Shown here: positions 1 through 14,207 of the stretch, piece after piece
How positions within the stretch are numbered: the first letter of the stretch is position 1
Layout: each line of letters begins with the position of its first letter
Origin: Chrysomallon squamiferum
Lineage: Eukaryota > Animalia > Mollusca
Assembly: GCA_012295275.1 (NCBI GenBank)
Contig: CM022675.1
Location: 3,968,001 to 4,032,000 of the forward strand
Reading direction: 5' to 3'
DNA: 64,000 bases
Program-made: the position numbers and the translations under genes
The notes under the pieces: generated by a model
What the model saw: only the letters and a program-made list of their open reading frames with translations
What the model was told of the DNA's origin: nothing
The model's database searches: none

Positions 1-316
1 TTTCGTTGCTTGTCTGATTCCGATAATAATATGAACAAAACAGTGGAAACAGACGGCGTTAAGAAAAATAACAACTAAAAAAAACAAACAAACAAACAAA
101 CAGGGTTAAATATAACTATTGCTGCTATAATTATTGTCGTTGATGCTGTGTTTGTTGTTGTTGTTGTTGTTGTTGTTTCTGTTGTAATTCATTGTTTAAT
201 TTTAATTTTGATCTTTCCATAAAATATTATTTTATTTTATTTTTATTTTCTTGTGAAATAAAGATTTTTCTCTGTTATGCTATTCATATTGGAATTTACG
301 TTTTGCATTAGATCCA

Positions 317-365
<49 letters not shown>

Positions 366-1499
366 TTAATAACAGCAACAACAACAACAATAATAATAAT
401 AATACAATAATAACAATCTTAACAATTTAATTTATTTTGACTACTGTTGTCGCTATTATACTATTAATAATAATAATAGTAATAAAATATCTTAGATTTA
501 ATTTGTTTGTGTTATTTAGTAATTTTCTTATATTCTGACATAAACAGACTTCCTTTTATACACTACAACAACAACAACAACACCAACTGCAACAACTACT
601 AATACTATTACTATCTCTTTTACTTTGCTGTTGCTTCTGCTACAAGAACTGTTACTACTATTTTTGCTACAACAGTGAATCATAATAATAATAAAGCAGT
701 TTAAACCTCAGAAAAAATAATAACAATAAAAAAAAAAAAAAAAAAAACTGTTGAAAGAAAATATTTATCTATTAGCGACTTGTTCCGGAAAGCGACTGTG
801 ACATGCGCGGAATGCGTCTTGCATCGCCGGAACTCAATGCTGGACTCGATGACAGCAGCGAGGCTGAAGCAGCCTGACAAATCGAGACTGGCCGTGTCAA
901 AGTGTCATCCGAGGGGTTACCGAGCACAACCTGTGTCCGGTAATCATAATCTACATTCTTTCTCTGTATCGACTTTTATTCGTGCAACAAAAGCAATCAC
1001 CCGACTTGACCTGTTTTTTTTGTTTTTTTTAGTAAATAACCTTTTTTTTAATAGTCGGGTTAGCGTTGTATCCAAACAGCAGCGATAATTGTAGAAAATT
1101 GCTTGAATTGACGTTAATAAACAGACAGTCACGGGCTGAAAGGGGCTGGGTGGGAGTCGCTTGTGGTTTGTCAACGTGGGTGGAATGTTGAGTCGGCTTT
1201 GTCGACGCGTTGACACCAAGTGTAGAAAAAAAAAAACTTTAAAACTTTCTCCCAGGCGTTCTACGGTTACTTAAATGAATAAATTATTTAATGAATGAAT
1301 AAATAATCAAACAAACAAACAAACGAACAGACGAACAAACGAATAAATAAATAAATAAATAGTGAATATAATGGTGATGATGTTAACGACATGTGATGTA
1401 AATGATGATGATAACGAAGACGACAAGAACATTCAGAACAAACAACGACAACAATAGCAACAATAATGATAAATATGATTATGATGATGATGGTAATGA

Positions 1500-1540
<41 letters not shown>

Positions 1541-1880
1541 TAATAACAAAATAAATAATAAATAAATAATAATAATAGTATCAAAAATAACAACAATAAC
1601 AACAACAGCAACAACAAAAATTGTAATAATAAGAGAATAATAAGAGAATTTCAAATTTATTGAATATCGCGTTTTACTGTTTGGTAAGTATAAAATAATT
1701 GCAAATAACTTCATTTACTCTGATGTACAACAATTCTAGATAAAAATATGGACGTGTAATTCAATGTATATAAGTTTTAAAGCGATTTCAGTATTTTAAA
1801 CCATCACTGAAACTCAATAAAATGATCACTAAGTCTAATGAATATAATTTGAATTACTTATATTATAATTAAAGCACTAT

Positions 1881-1953
<73 letters not shown>

Positions 1954-2418
1954 TTATTATTCTAATATCTAGTTCACATAATTATCTTCGTCTGCTTTCG
2001 TTACAAACTACCAAGATTTCTTTTATTTGCTACAACGTTTACCACTACTACTGCTGTTGCTGTAGATGCTGTCGCTGCTACAGCTGTTGCTTTGTTTCTA
2101 TTGTTTAATTATTTATGTCACTTTTAGTCTGAGTGATTTAGAACATCTTGCTGGTACAGAAATATCTAGCTGTGCAAGTCAAATTAACCTTGCTAAAACA
2201 AATCAATACTTCTTCGTTTCATTGGAAAATATGCAGCAAAATGTTTTAATCTGAAATGTGCATCTTACTTCTTCTCTGTGATACAAAAATAGATGAATAA
2301 AAAATAAAAAATATAAAAATATAGAAAAAACGTTTTGTGAAATGTGTAAAATTGTCAATACTAAAAATTCCTCTTCTCGATTTTTTTATTATTATTATTA
2401 TTTTTTATTATTTTTTAT

Positions 2419-2463
<45 letters not shown>

Positions 2464-3578
2464 ATACCCTATTTTGATTTCATTCATTTGGGAGAAAGTT
2501 TAAAATTTATTTTGTTTAAATATACAACTGAAAAAAATACAAACTAAGTGTGAGAGAAAGATAAAGGTTATGTCTAATTATTAAATATTAAAATACAGTA
2601 TAAAACAAATTATAATAATAAAAAGAAGAAGAAGAAGAAGAAGAAGAAGAAGAAGAAGAAGAAGAAAAAGAAAAAGAAAAAGAAAAAAAGAAAAATAATT
2701 AAATAATAACTATAACAACGACGAGGATGATGATAATTTAAATAATAAGGATGATGATGATGATGATGATGATGATAATCTTATGTCTTTGGAAATGAAG
2801 ATGAACAGTAAAAGTAATGGCAATATATATATATATATATATATCAAAGAAATACTAATACAAAATAAATAAATAAATAAATACAACAAAAATTTAATTT
2901 TTTTAACATTTTATTTTATGTTTCTGTAATATCTTTCCAAGGACAAATGAAAGACAAACATTTACAAGCATGAATGATTTGATTGATTCTCAAGACAAAT
3001 TAAATATTTACATATTTACAAATTACCTACAACAATACAACACGTGACGTAGTTATGTAATTCCTGTTTGTGAGTGCAGATATTTGTGTGTGAAAAACAG
3101 TGAAAATGTTCGCGTGTAACACAACTGTAACATGAGTGTAACAATGTCTAGATGAACAGCAGTATGTTACAAAAACGAACTAGTACCTGAAGGAACAGAG
3201 AAGAAATATATTTAGTATATTCAGAACTTTTCACATTTTTTATCACTAAATAAACATTTGCCAAAATTGTCACATCTATGAGATCTGTTTTCATTTTATC
3301 TTTTTATATTTGTATATGTCTTTCAGACACACATAAACACACACAAACACATACATACACACAGAAAAACGCTCCCACACACAAGATAAATACAAAAGTC
3401 TTAATGGCATGTCAAAAAAAAAAACAGTTGATCGTATTTATTTAGTGGAAAAATCCCCGAATCAAATGAAAAACAGCAAAATTTAAAAATGTTTTAATCG
3501 GTTTGTTAGATCATTGCATGTAACCATTAGATCGACTTAATTCTCTCTGAATATCTACTCTTAAAAATAATATATAAC

Positions 3579-3613
<35 letters not shown>

Positions 3614-3922
3614 ATAGTTTAATTAAAAAACAATAACTTGACCATTTTTATCACCTTATTCATTACTTGAGATTTTTTTCATTTTTTATTATTTATTCAT
3701 TTATATTTTTTTCTGAAAGATATAGAAAATTGTCTATACTACGTTACTAAAAATAATGTTTATTTATACATTAACTACAAAGTAAAAATGGGATTGGTCC
3801 TAAAATCAAAAATGGTGAACCTCTTATGTGAAAATGTAAAACGCAGTAGTATGTCGAACGTGACAAACTTCTGTTGTAAAAAGTAGAAAATCGCTAGTAA
3901 CAGACGTAACTGAGAAGATTTC

Positions 3923-4012
3923 TGTTAACAGATGATATTTATTTACTATAAATGTTAACAGATGATATTTATTTGCTATAAATGTTAACAGATGATATTT
4001 ATTTGCTATAAA
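3923..4012. repeat. 30-bp tandem repeat x3 (probably in the Evx 3' UTR)
   Basis: TGTTAACAGATGATATTTATTT[A/G]CTATAAA repeated three times. Confidence 0.9.
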
Positions 4013-4295
4013 TTTTACCAGTTAAATAATGATTCCACGTTATCATTAAAAAGCAAAAAAAAAAGAGAAGAAATAATTTTAAAACTCTGTATATTGAACA
4101 ACCATCCAAAATAAATGTGTGTACACTGAAGTAATTATTTTTATTCTGAAAGTGATGCGAATTGAAAAATAATAATGAAAATTAAAAAAATAATAATAAA
4201 AAAAAATATATTTATTTATTTATTTATTTACGTACTTACATAGTTTTTGCTGTATTTGTCAGAATAAAATAGTTTAAACACTATTTATTTCAATC

Positions 4296-4375
<80 letters not shown>

Positions 4376-4604
4376 TAATCTACAGACTATAAAGAAATTT
4401 CCTGTGTTTGACTAGTAAACTGTTTTACCTCTAATTATCACTCCCAACATTCCCACGACACACTCACGCACACACTCACACACACTCACGCACAAAAACA
4501 AACAATATATGTACACTATTAACGACACCAAATGTTTGTTTCATGTTGCTGTTTTGTCCATTTTGTTTTTAAATATATCTTTCTCTTATCTTTTTTTTTT
4601 TTTA

Positions 4605-5132
4605 TCATGTTCTTTCAACCTCGGATTGGAACGGGCGAAACAGACCATTAGGCGCAGTAGAACTTCGCTTCTGCGCATGCGCACTGGAGATTGACGTCGT
4701 CACGCTGGCCGCACTGGGAAACGACCGGGCCGCCGCGTGGGCGGGAGAACCGGCAGAGGGCGCTCCGTGACCTAGAACGGAGGCGGTTTCCAATGGCGAC
4801 CGGAGCCCGCAGCCAATGGGGGACGAGGAGTGCACGGGGTGCGGGACTGCGATGGCCGGGGGGGGCCTCATGAAAGAGTTCGTCACGCTACTGAGGAAAT
4901 CCGGGTTGGGCCGCAGCCCGCCCGTGGGGATCATCTGAGGTAGGGCGGCCTGGGGGCGCTGCATGGGGAGGCCGGTGTAGCAGCCGAACGGGTTGCCCGT
5001 CGTCAGGCCGTACGGGTAGGACGCTGCCGCGGCTGCGATGTAGGCGTACAGGTGAGGGTCAGCTATCCCATACGGCCACGCCATGGCCATGCGCTGTCGT
5101 TTGTCCTTCATACGTCTGTTCTGAAACCAGAC
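4605..5132 (-). CDS. evx: Evx coding exon 3 (homeodomain helix 3 and C-terminal repression region)
   Basis: Acceptor tgtgtttcAG, then VWFQNRRMKDKRQRMAMAWPY...DPHLYAY-polyAla...GLFRPFQSEVERT*. MKDKRQR, WP and the terminal LF[KR]P[YF] motif are Eve/Evx hallmarks. Confidence 0.96.
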   Translation of the reverse strand, partial: VWFQNRRMKDKRQRMAMAWPYGIADPHLYAYIAAAAASYPYGLTTGNPFGCYTGLPMQRPQAALPQMIPTGGLRPNPDFLSSVTNSFMRPPPAIAVPHPVHSSSPIGCGLRSPLETASVLGHGAPSAGSPAHAAARSFPSAASVTTSISSAHAQKRSSTAPNGLFRPFQSEVERT

Positions 5133-6397
5133 CTGAAACACAACAAACAAACAAATAAATAAACAAATAAACAAATAAATAAATAAACAAAGACACAAAC
5201 AAACAAGTACATAAATAAATAAATAAATAAATAAACAAACTAAATAAATAAACAAATAAACAAACAAACAAACGAACAAGTAAGTACATAAATAAATAAA
5301 TAAACAAACAAACAAATAAACAAACAAACAAATAAATAAACAAATAAATAAATAAATAAACAAACAAACAAGTAAGTACATAAATAAATAAACAATCAAA
5401 TAAACAAACTAAATAAATAAATTAGTAAATAAATAAATAAATAAACAAACAAACAAATTAAAAATAAAACTGAATAAATAAACAAACAAGTAAGTAAGTT
5501 AGTAGATAAATAAATAAATAAACAAAGTAAGTAACTGAATAAATATACAAACAAACAAGTAAGTAAGTTAGTAAATAAATAAAGAAAGAAAGAAATAAAG
5601 AAGTAAGTAAATAAATACATAAAAAATAAATAAATAACTTATAAATAAATAACTTAATTAACAAATAAATTAATTAATTAATAAAGAAGTATATAAATAA
5701 ACAAATAAGTAAATAAAAAAGTAAGTAAATAAATAAATAAATGAAAAATAATAATGAAAAAAAGAAAGAATATAATAGAATAATATACTAGCAACAAACA
5801 AATAGTACAATAAATAAAAAAAAATAAAAAAAACGAAGAAGATAATAAAATGCTATGAATGTTTCTCTGTGTTCGCCTATCTGTTTGTACGTGTGTGTTT
5901 GTCTCTGTATGTCTCAGAACATGCTACATGAATCTACATTAAAAATGGTTGATGATATGGAACAACTAATTAATTAATTAATTAATTAAGTGATAACTAT
6001 TTAACAATCCCTCCCATCTCCGAATTAAAAGTAAATATACGACAAAATTAATCCTTATAATTAATCCTATAATACAAAAAAGAAACAAGAAAAAAAAAAA
6101 GTAGTTTTAAACTAAAACACTATTGTGTGGAATGAGAGTATATAAATATTTCAAATGAAAGGGGAAGAAAGGGAATAAATCAAAGAAGCTGACAGACGCG
6201 CATGTCTGACAGATAAAGCAAACTACGTGCCAGGGTCGTGTTAACAACTCAAGACCACGCCCCTAGCATTTTGGATATTTCCTGACCCTCCCAGGTACTT
6301 GAATCACTAGAGCCCGGGGGCCCAGGATTACAATGCCCCACCAAAATAAATAAATAAACAAACAAATAAAATAAAATTAGAATAAATCGAATTAAAT

Positions 6398-6431
<34 letters not shown>

Positions 6432-6665
6432 AATAACAACAACAACAACAACAATGAAATAAATAAACAGTCCTTTTCATTCAACCCAGTCTAAACTTAT
6501 AAACAAAACTGAAACAGCCCCAAACCTTTGCATGATTCTTATTCCATGAAAGAAAAAATAAATACATTTCACGTAACATTTGATCAAAATGAGACACGGA
6601 CTGCGCGTTCTGCTAACAGTCACGTGACGCACGCGCACACAGGTAACTATAGAAACAGTTCTCAC

Positions 6666-6826
6666 TTTGATCGTGCTCTCGGGCAGATTCAGGGAGGCGG
6701 CCAGCTCGCACCTCTTGGGTCGGGACACGTAGTTCTCCTTGAGGAACTCTTTCTCCAGTCTTCCGATCTGCTCCCTCGTGAACGCCGTGCGGTAACGTCG
6801 AACGCCGCTGTCGTCGGGGCTGGTGT
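6666..6826 (-). CDS. evx: Evx coding exon 2 (homeodomain residues 1-46)
   Basis: Acceptor ttcctattttccAG and donor AAA|GTGAGA. The 161 nt translate as (D)[53 protein letters not shown], diagnostic of the Evx/Eve homeodomain (RRYRTAF, ENYVSRP-RCELA). Confidence 0.96.
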
Positions 6827-7508
6827 CTGGAAAATAGGAAAAATGAACGAATGAATGAATGAATGAATTAGTTAATTAATATTTAGAAAGAAAAATAATA
6901 ATGTCAGTAGTTAATCAGTAGATATATATTTTTTAAATGATCCAGTAGAATAAAATAAAAAGTATAATGATGATGTTCATGCTGCTGCTGATGATGATGA
7001 TGATGATGACGATGACGATAATAATAATATTTACAATAATAAATATAATCAACCAAACAAACAGTAAAGACATAAAAATGAAATGAAATAAAAGAAAAGA
7101 AATGAATAATTAATAAATAATGATGATTACGGTGACTATGATTGATGATGATGTTGATGATGATGATGATGATGATGATGATTATAATAGTAATAATAAT
7201 TACAAAAAAAAAAATTAAATGTAAATAAATAAACGAAAGAAATAAAAATAATAAAAATAATAATAATAATAGTATTTTTTATTCTTAAGTTCAAATGCGA
7301 TAACTATTGATATAAAGAAATAACTGGTATGTGTTGGTGAATTTCTATAATAAAAAAAATATAATAATTAAAAAAAATGAAATATTGGAAGTTAGTATGA
7401 ATTATCACAGAAACATACATTTACATGCAAAGATGAATATATTGTTCTTGTCAATTTTAAAACAGAAAAATCTTATATTTATTGTTGTACGTATAATAAT
7501 AATTATAA

Positions 7509-7576
<68 letters not shown>

Positions 7577-8330
7577 CTTTCTATTTTATTCTACTCGATG
7601 ATTTAGAAAATATATATTTATTGATTAATCATTCGTATTAATTATTTTATTTTATTTTATTTTATTTAAATTAATTCATTTAGTTAGTTAGGTTGTTAGT
7701 TAGTTAGTTTCAAAGTTAACAATTTGCCAGCGTTAACTCTAACATCATCATATTTACTAGGACAGTATCATGATTACGTATCAAGAAAACTTTTCAGACA
7801 GATTTTTATTATTTTCATTTCCTAATTAATTTCAGAGAGAAATATCTCTTGTTCTAAAAATACGAACTGTTTTGGTTTGTTTTTTTCTTAAGAATAAAGC
7901 TAATTAAAAGTGGCAAATAAAATAATGTTTAAAACGCAAAGTATTGTCTCATTTTTATTATTGAAAACTATGGTATTGTTAGAAGAAAACGAAGAAAGAA
8001 GAACAATAAAACGAAAATTAACGAATTTTTTTTTTTAATTATTTAAGTAATTTGAAGACTATAGCAACAATAATTAAACATACGCACACACACACACACA
8101 CCTATATGTATGTATGTATGTATGTGTGTGTGTGTATATATATATATATATAGAAAGAAAGAAAGAAATAAATTGAAGAAACAAGAAACAACAATTGTCT
8201 CTAAAAGTTAAATAAATAAAATAAAATAAAATAAAATAAGTAATGCATAAATAAATTAATTAAATAATATAAAATACAATATAAGCAATTCATATTTCAT
8301 AATAATAATAATAACAATAATAATAATAAC

Positions 8331-8377
<47 letters not shown>

Positions 8378-9074
8378 TAACAATAATTTGTATTTGATGC
8401 TAGCAGTGATTACAAGGACAATGACAATATAATTTAATACGTAGCAAACTTAATATGAAATGTGTCATCTACATCATAGACATATGTCGTCATTAGTGTC
8501 ACGAGTGTTCTATTGCTATGGTAACAGCTACGTCAGTCGAAGAGTTATAAAAAGGCGCGCTCTATAATTTCAAGTGACGTTTCTGTACCCCACTTAGAAC
8601 CCTCTGAAGACAAACATCACACCTCCGCTACAAGTCTTACTTCCTGCCCCTTCTACTAAATTGATGCACCTGTTTGCATCCCTGGCCATCTTCCCTGTTA
8701 CGTAATCAATTAGCAGCTACGTCATAAACTACCGTAACAGTCACGTGATGCACGAACCGCGACCACCCATTGGTTAAAAGTTTCGATGGGCTGTTATCAG
8801 CGGTAGTAAAACTGTGTGATACAGCAGCGTCGCAGATCAAAGATCAAAGAAATTTTTTTTTTTTTTTTTTTTTTTGTACGCTTTGAACGAAGATCGCTGA
8901 AAGCCGCCAAGTCATCTCTCGTTTTTCGTTAATGGCCGCTAAATAGCTTGTATCTGCTTTCTGCCTGTAATCAGATCGAGGTAATGACATTTTTATTAAG
9001 GGTGCAAAGTCGCTTATAATGTGCGGCTTTAACTCCGTGAGAAAACTACAGCGTGGAGGAGAAAATTAACATAG

Positions 9075-9113
<39 letters not shown>

Positions 9114-9168
9114 GAGAGACCGAATGATGCTTTTAAAATTAATTTAATTAATTTTATATCCGTTCCAT

Positions 9169-9202
<34 letters not shown>

Positions 9203-9293
9203 ATTGCGTATTTATTTATTTGTTTATTTCTTTGTACGTTAATTTATTTGAGATATTATTGTTATTATTATTATTATTGTTGCTGTTGTTGTT

Positions 9294-9340
9294 ACTATTG
9301 TCACTACTACTACAACTACTGCTACTACGATTACTACTAT

Positions 9341-9382
<42 letters not shown>

Positions 9383-9479
9383 TTATGTCAGACTTTAAAA
9401 CTTTCATCATAACTGCTTTCTCTATTGTTGTTACTATTGTCACTACTACTACATCTACTGCTACTACGAATACTACTAT

Positions 9480-9529
<50 letters not shown>

Positions 9530-9559
9530 TCAGACTTTAAAACTTTCATCATAACTGCT
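9294..9559. repeat. ~140-bp tandem duplication containing microsatellites
   Basis: ACTATTGTCACTACTACTAC...TCAGACTTTAAAACTTTCATCATAACTGCT occurs twice in tandem. Confidence 0.85.
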
Positions 9560-9572
9560 CTCTCTCTCTGTC

Positions 9573-9621
<49 letters not shown>

Positions 9622-10052
9622 ATCTCCATTAACTAACAGTTACGAATCCTAATTGATTTCTCGTCCAGGAAATAAAAATCCGTGTCAATTACAGGGAATC
9701 GTTTAACTCGCTAATTTGCAGTTTGTTGACAAGCTGATCTATTGACAAGGGGTCAATCACCGCTGTTCAAACACGTTGTCTATTTCACGTTGTCCATTTC
9801 ACTTCATAGACAGTTAGAGCATCGCTGGTGTCAATAATTGTACAAAATTGCCTGCACGTGAATGCTCCGGCGCGCGGCATGAAATTAACACGTCTGCAAG
9901 ATTTTGTCAATTACACACAACAGACGAAACAAAGTGTCTGACGTCATTGTGTCGGCGTTTCTATAGCAAAGGAAATTGGATTAAATTAAAAGATTAACGT
10001 TCGCTATTTAAATTTGTACGTAATGCCGTGGGAAGTGTTTTTTTTTTTGTTT

Positions 10053-10088
<36 letters not shown>

Positions 10089-11561
10089 AAAATTGCATTT
10101 GAGGCTTGGTTTTTAACGGTTGGAATAAGATCTTTATTTATTTATTTTGTTTTCTTTATTTATTCATTTGAATTCTTAAATTTGATTTATTTATTTATTT
10201 TATCAATCAAAATATATCTTTAAAGCATTTTTCTTAAATTTTCTTTGAGCTATTACGAAACAACTATTTTCACATAAGTTTAATATTAATTAGGAATTCT
10301 TTAGAATCAAAATGACAAATAAAATACAGCGCATGAACGAACAAATAAATGAACGAAATAATTATAGAAATAAAAATTATAATTCATTATATTGTGGGGG
10401 TTTTAATGATTACTTTTACTTTACTATTTTTCTTTTCTTTCCGAAATCCAATTCGTTATTAACGAGTTACAGTGTTACACCCTTTTTACATTTCTTAAAA
10501 TAAAAATTCTTTTTTATTTTTTTATTTTCCACTCTTCCTTAACATTGATCTAATTAAAATAAAATAAAATTAAGTAACGAACGCGTTAACCTCTGACGGG
10601 AACAGTCTACCCTCATTTACCTCTACCCAGACCCTGCAGTTAAATATTTCATCATAAATTAAAACATATAAAAAAAAAAAAAAATAATAATAATAATAGA
10701 AAAATGTAATGGCGCACAAAAGCTCTGACATAAAACATGTTGCATCAAGATGGAGAAACCGCATTAACAATATTTCCTTTTCTTTCTTAATCGGGATTAA
10801 TATTAATATTATTAGCTCTATCCTCCCATTAACATTGTTCGCTCGCCCCGAAGTCGAGAAGGGGTCCCCATGGGGGGTGTAATTGCTTCGCATCCAAAAC
10901 CGCGTCGTCTGTTTTGAAAACAGTAGCATCTGCCGAGTCCGCACCTGTCAATAACTTAAACGTGCGCCAAGGTTATCAATGGAATCACGTGACAGGTACA
11001 TTTCATCAATGCGTGTCGCTGACTTGTCGACTCGGCGGGGGGTGAAATGAGCATCAGAGATAATGTGTGTAGACTCGATGTAGATGTTTAATTCATTCTG
11101 TGGGGAATATCTGTGTGTGTTTAGCTAAATAAACAAGTGCACATTCGATTGAATTATAATGTTTGTTTTCTTAGTTCGAATCGGAGGGGTGTCATTTTTA
11201 TTTTTAGTTGTTTTTGCTTTTAATTGTTTCATTCTTTTGATGAATTATTTAGAAATATAGACATACGTAGATAGGTATAAATATAATGTACATTTCATTA
11301 CTTTTTTATCTTTTCTTTCTTCGTTTCTTTCTATCTTTAATCTTTAGAAAATAATTAAACGTACACGCCCTATTCTACCCCCCTCCCTTTAAGAAGATGG
11401 ATAGGATGATAAACGTAGAAAAGAAGAAAAAAAGAAAATTACTAGGGAAAAACAAACAAACAAACAAAAAAACAGAATAAGTAAATAAATAACTACATGA
11501 AAATTTACGAAAAATAAATAAATAAATAAATAATAAAATAATAATAAAATCATGATGAATA

Positions 11562-11609
<48 letters not shown>

Positions 11610-13989
11610 TTCTGGTACCGCCGTTATAATTGGATATTTTGTTTCTAATGAGTAAGTTAAAAGTGTCATATTATTTGTAACTAGATTTTAGTTTAGACTT
11701 GTCCATCTTGTTACGTCATATCTTGTACATGTCGTCTGCGAAGGAAATGCATATTCATTACAGTGAAAAAGATTACTTTTATTTTGTGATTGACAGCTGA
11801 ATTAGATTGTGACGTCACAGGGGCTGGAGGGGTGGGAAAGTTTCACCGCTTTAAAAATGTTTGTAGCTTTGTTTGCTTTTTAAATTTGTAAAAGTAACTG
11901 GATTGATATTTAAATAAATAAATAAATAAATAAATAAATGAGTGAATGAATGAATGAATAAGTAAATAAATAAATATTAGTAGTCGTAACAGCAGTATTT
12001 ATAGCAGTTGTAGTGACAGTAGTTTTAGTTGTAGCAGAAGCAGCAGTAGTAATAGTAGTAGTTGTTGTTGTTGTCGATGTTGCAGTTATAAGATGGATGT
12101 TTGATATAACTCTTGGATTAAATACTTTAATAAATCATTATCAATAAAATTTTAGTAAAATAAATTTTAAAGATTCATTTTTAATTATTCATATATTTAA
12201 AAAAAGACAGAAAATAGTTTCCATTATTTGTATACATTAATGAAAAAAATTAATTAATTAATTAATTAATAAACATTACGGTTTTCTTTCCCAGATTATG
12301 TCAGTGCCGTCTTTGTTGTTGTTATTAATTTTTATTTTCGGTTTCGTTTTCTCAGTCTATTACCAGTAATGAAACTAATATAACAAATAACCTGTGACTT
12401 TGTTCCGCTCACCACTGACTTAATGCGTTTCTCCTCGCCGCATTTATTGACAGGTATTCCACAGGTAGCAACACATACCAGCTACAGGTGAAAACGCAGA
12501 CGGGCTAATTAAATTAAGATGTAATTTTAGATAGAGGTAAATGAGAACAGCTGCGGTGACACGTAAATGAAACGGATACCGATAAAAGCGGGAAGGTTTT
12601 CTGTGAACGCTAAAAGCAGCTTGTTATCTCTTATTAATACACATGAACGACAGATTACCGCGGCGGAAAGCGGGAGGAATAAATACATATGTCGGGACAA
12701 TAAAAACAAGAAAATTGATTTATCACGTTTTGACGTCGTTTTTGAATACCATTCATCGGTCAAGGTACAAACGTGTTGGGTGAAAGTATTATAATTTTGT
12801 AAAAGTAAAAGGTTAAGTGTAAGTTTCAATTTTTTTTTTTCCCCTTTTTTTTTTCTTCTGTTTTTCTTTTGCTTTACTTTATCACTGGTTTTTTTTTTTT
12901 TCTTTGTTAAATAAATAACAATCAACATCGTCATCAATATCATCGTCTGTATTATCATCATAAGAAGAAAGAATGACAGAATGACAGAAAGAAAGAAAGA
13001 AAAAAAAACGAATTATTAATTAATATATAAACGGTTTATTTAATTCTTGCGATGTGTAAACAGTTATTAATATCTCTACAGATTTCAGAATTTTTATTTT
13101 TATTTAATCCTATGCAGTTTGCTTCTCTCTACTTTATTTTATTTATTTATTTATTTATTTTTCTTCCGAATATTGAGTTTATTTAAATATATAACAGATA
13201 CTAGAATTTTTACAGATGGTTATATATATATATATACACATTCTTATTGCTGGATAATCTGATATTAAATCAAAAAGTTAAATTTTGTTAATAATTCATT
13301 TGATCGTTAAGACGAAGTTCGTCACTGAACAAGATCTCTGCCAGTTATTGATTCTTTAATTTTTAAATTATTTTTATTTACTTTTTAATTATTATTAAAT
13401 AATCATTGTGATTAAGGTAAGACTTAAGCAATCGAGTTCGAATTTCGTGGCCTTAACAAATAAAAAAATAAAAAAATGTAAAAAGCTAAATATATATATA
13501 GATATATATATATTCCTAAATCTCCAAATCTTATCTTTAAGAGACTATATAAGAAACTGAGAGAAGAGTATTCAATGGGTATAATTTGAACAGCTGCTGT
13601 TATACAAAACAAATCATTCTCATTTCATTAAATTAATTAATTATCACTGTATTCACACGTTCGTTTAATTATTTATTTATTCGTTTGTTCTTTCGTGAAT
13701 TCGTTTACTTACAACTACAGTGACTTATATTTTAATCTTTTAATTATTATTCGACTCTATTTTCAAACAGAAAATTAATTGTAAAACTTTTGTGTGTTCG
13801 TCTGTAGAAGAAGGAGAAGAAAAAAAGATGTTTATGTTCTACAATTAAAACAAATTATTTTAAAAAGAAGTAACGAAAAAGTCATAGAAAAGAAATTTTA
13901 AAGAAAGAAAGAAAGAATAATGTGATTGAAGAAATAAATAATAATAATAAAGGATAACGAAAAAATATGAACATTTATCGGTAAATGAT

Positions 13990-14023
<34 letters not shown>

Positions 14024-14164
14024 GCTGCTTACTACTGCTACTATTACTATTACTACTACTAATAATAATAATAACAACAATAATAATAATAGTTTTAGTA
14101 CTGGTACTAGAAATAATACTACTAGTAGTAATAAATAACAAACAAACAAATAAACAAACAAATA

Positions 14165-14207
<43 letters not shown>

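Noticed and set aside
780-1219. Overlapping 102-aa and 91-aa ORFs downstream of Evx
   Set aside because: Non-ATG starts and no recognisable homology; better explained as a CpG-rich regulatory-like island.
5133-5399. N-terminal 88 aa of the 264-aa ORF 4605..5399
   Set aside because: This is intronic (TTTG/TTTA)n read-through upstream of the true acceptor at 5133-5134.
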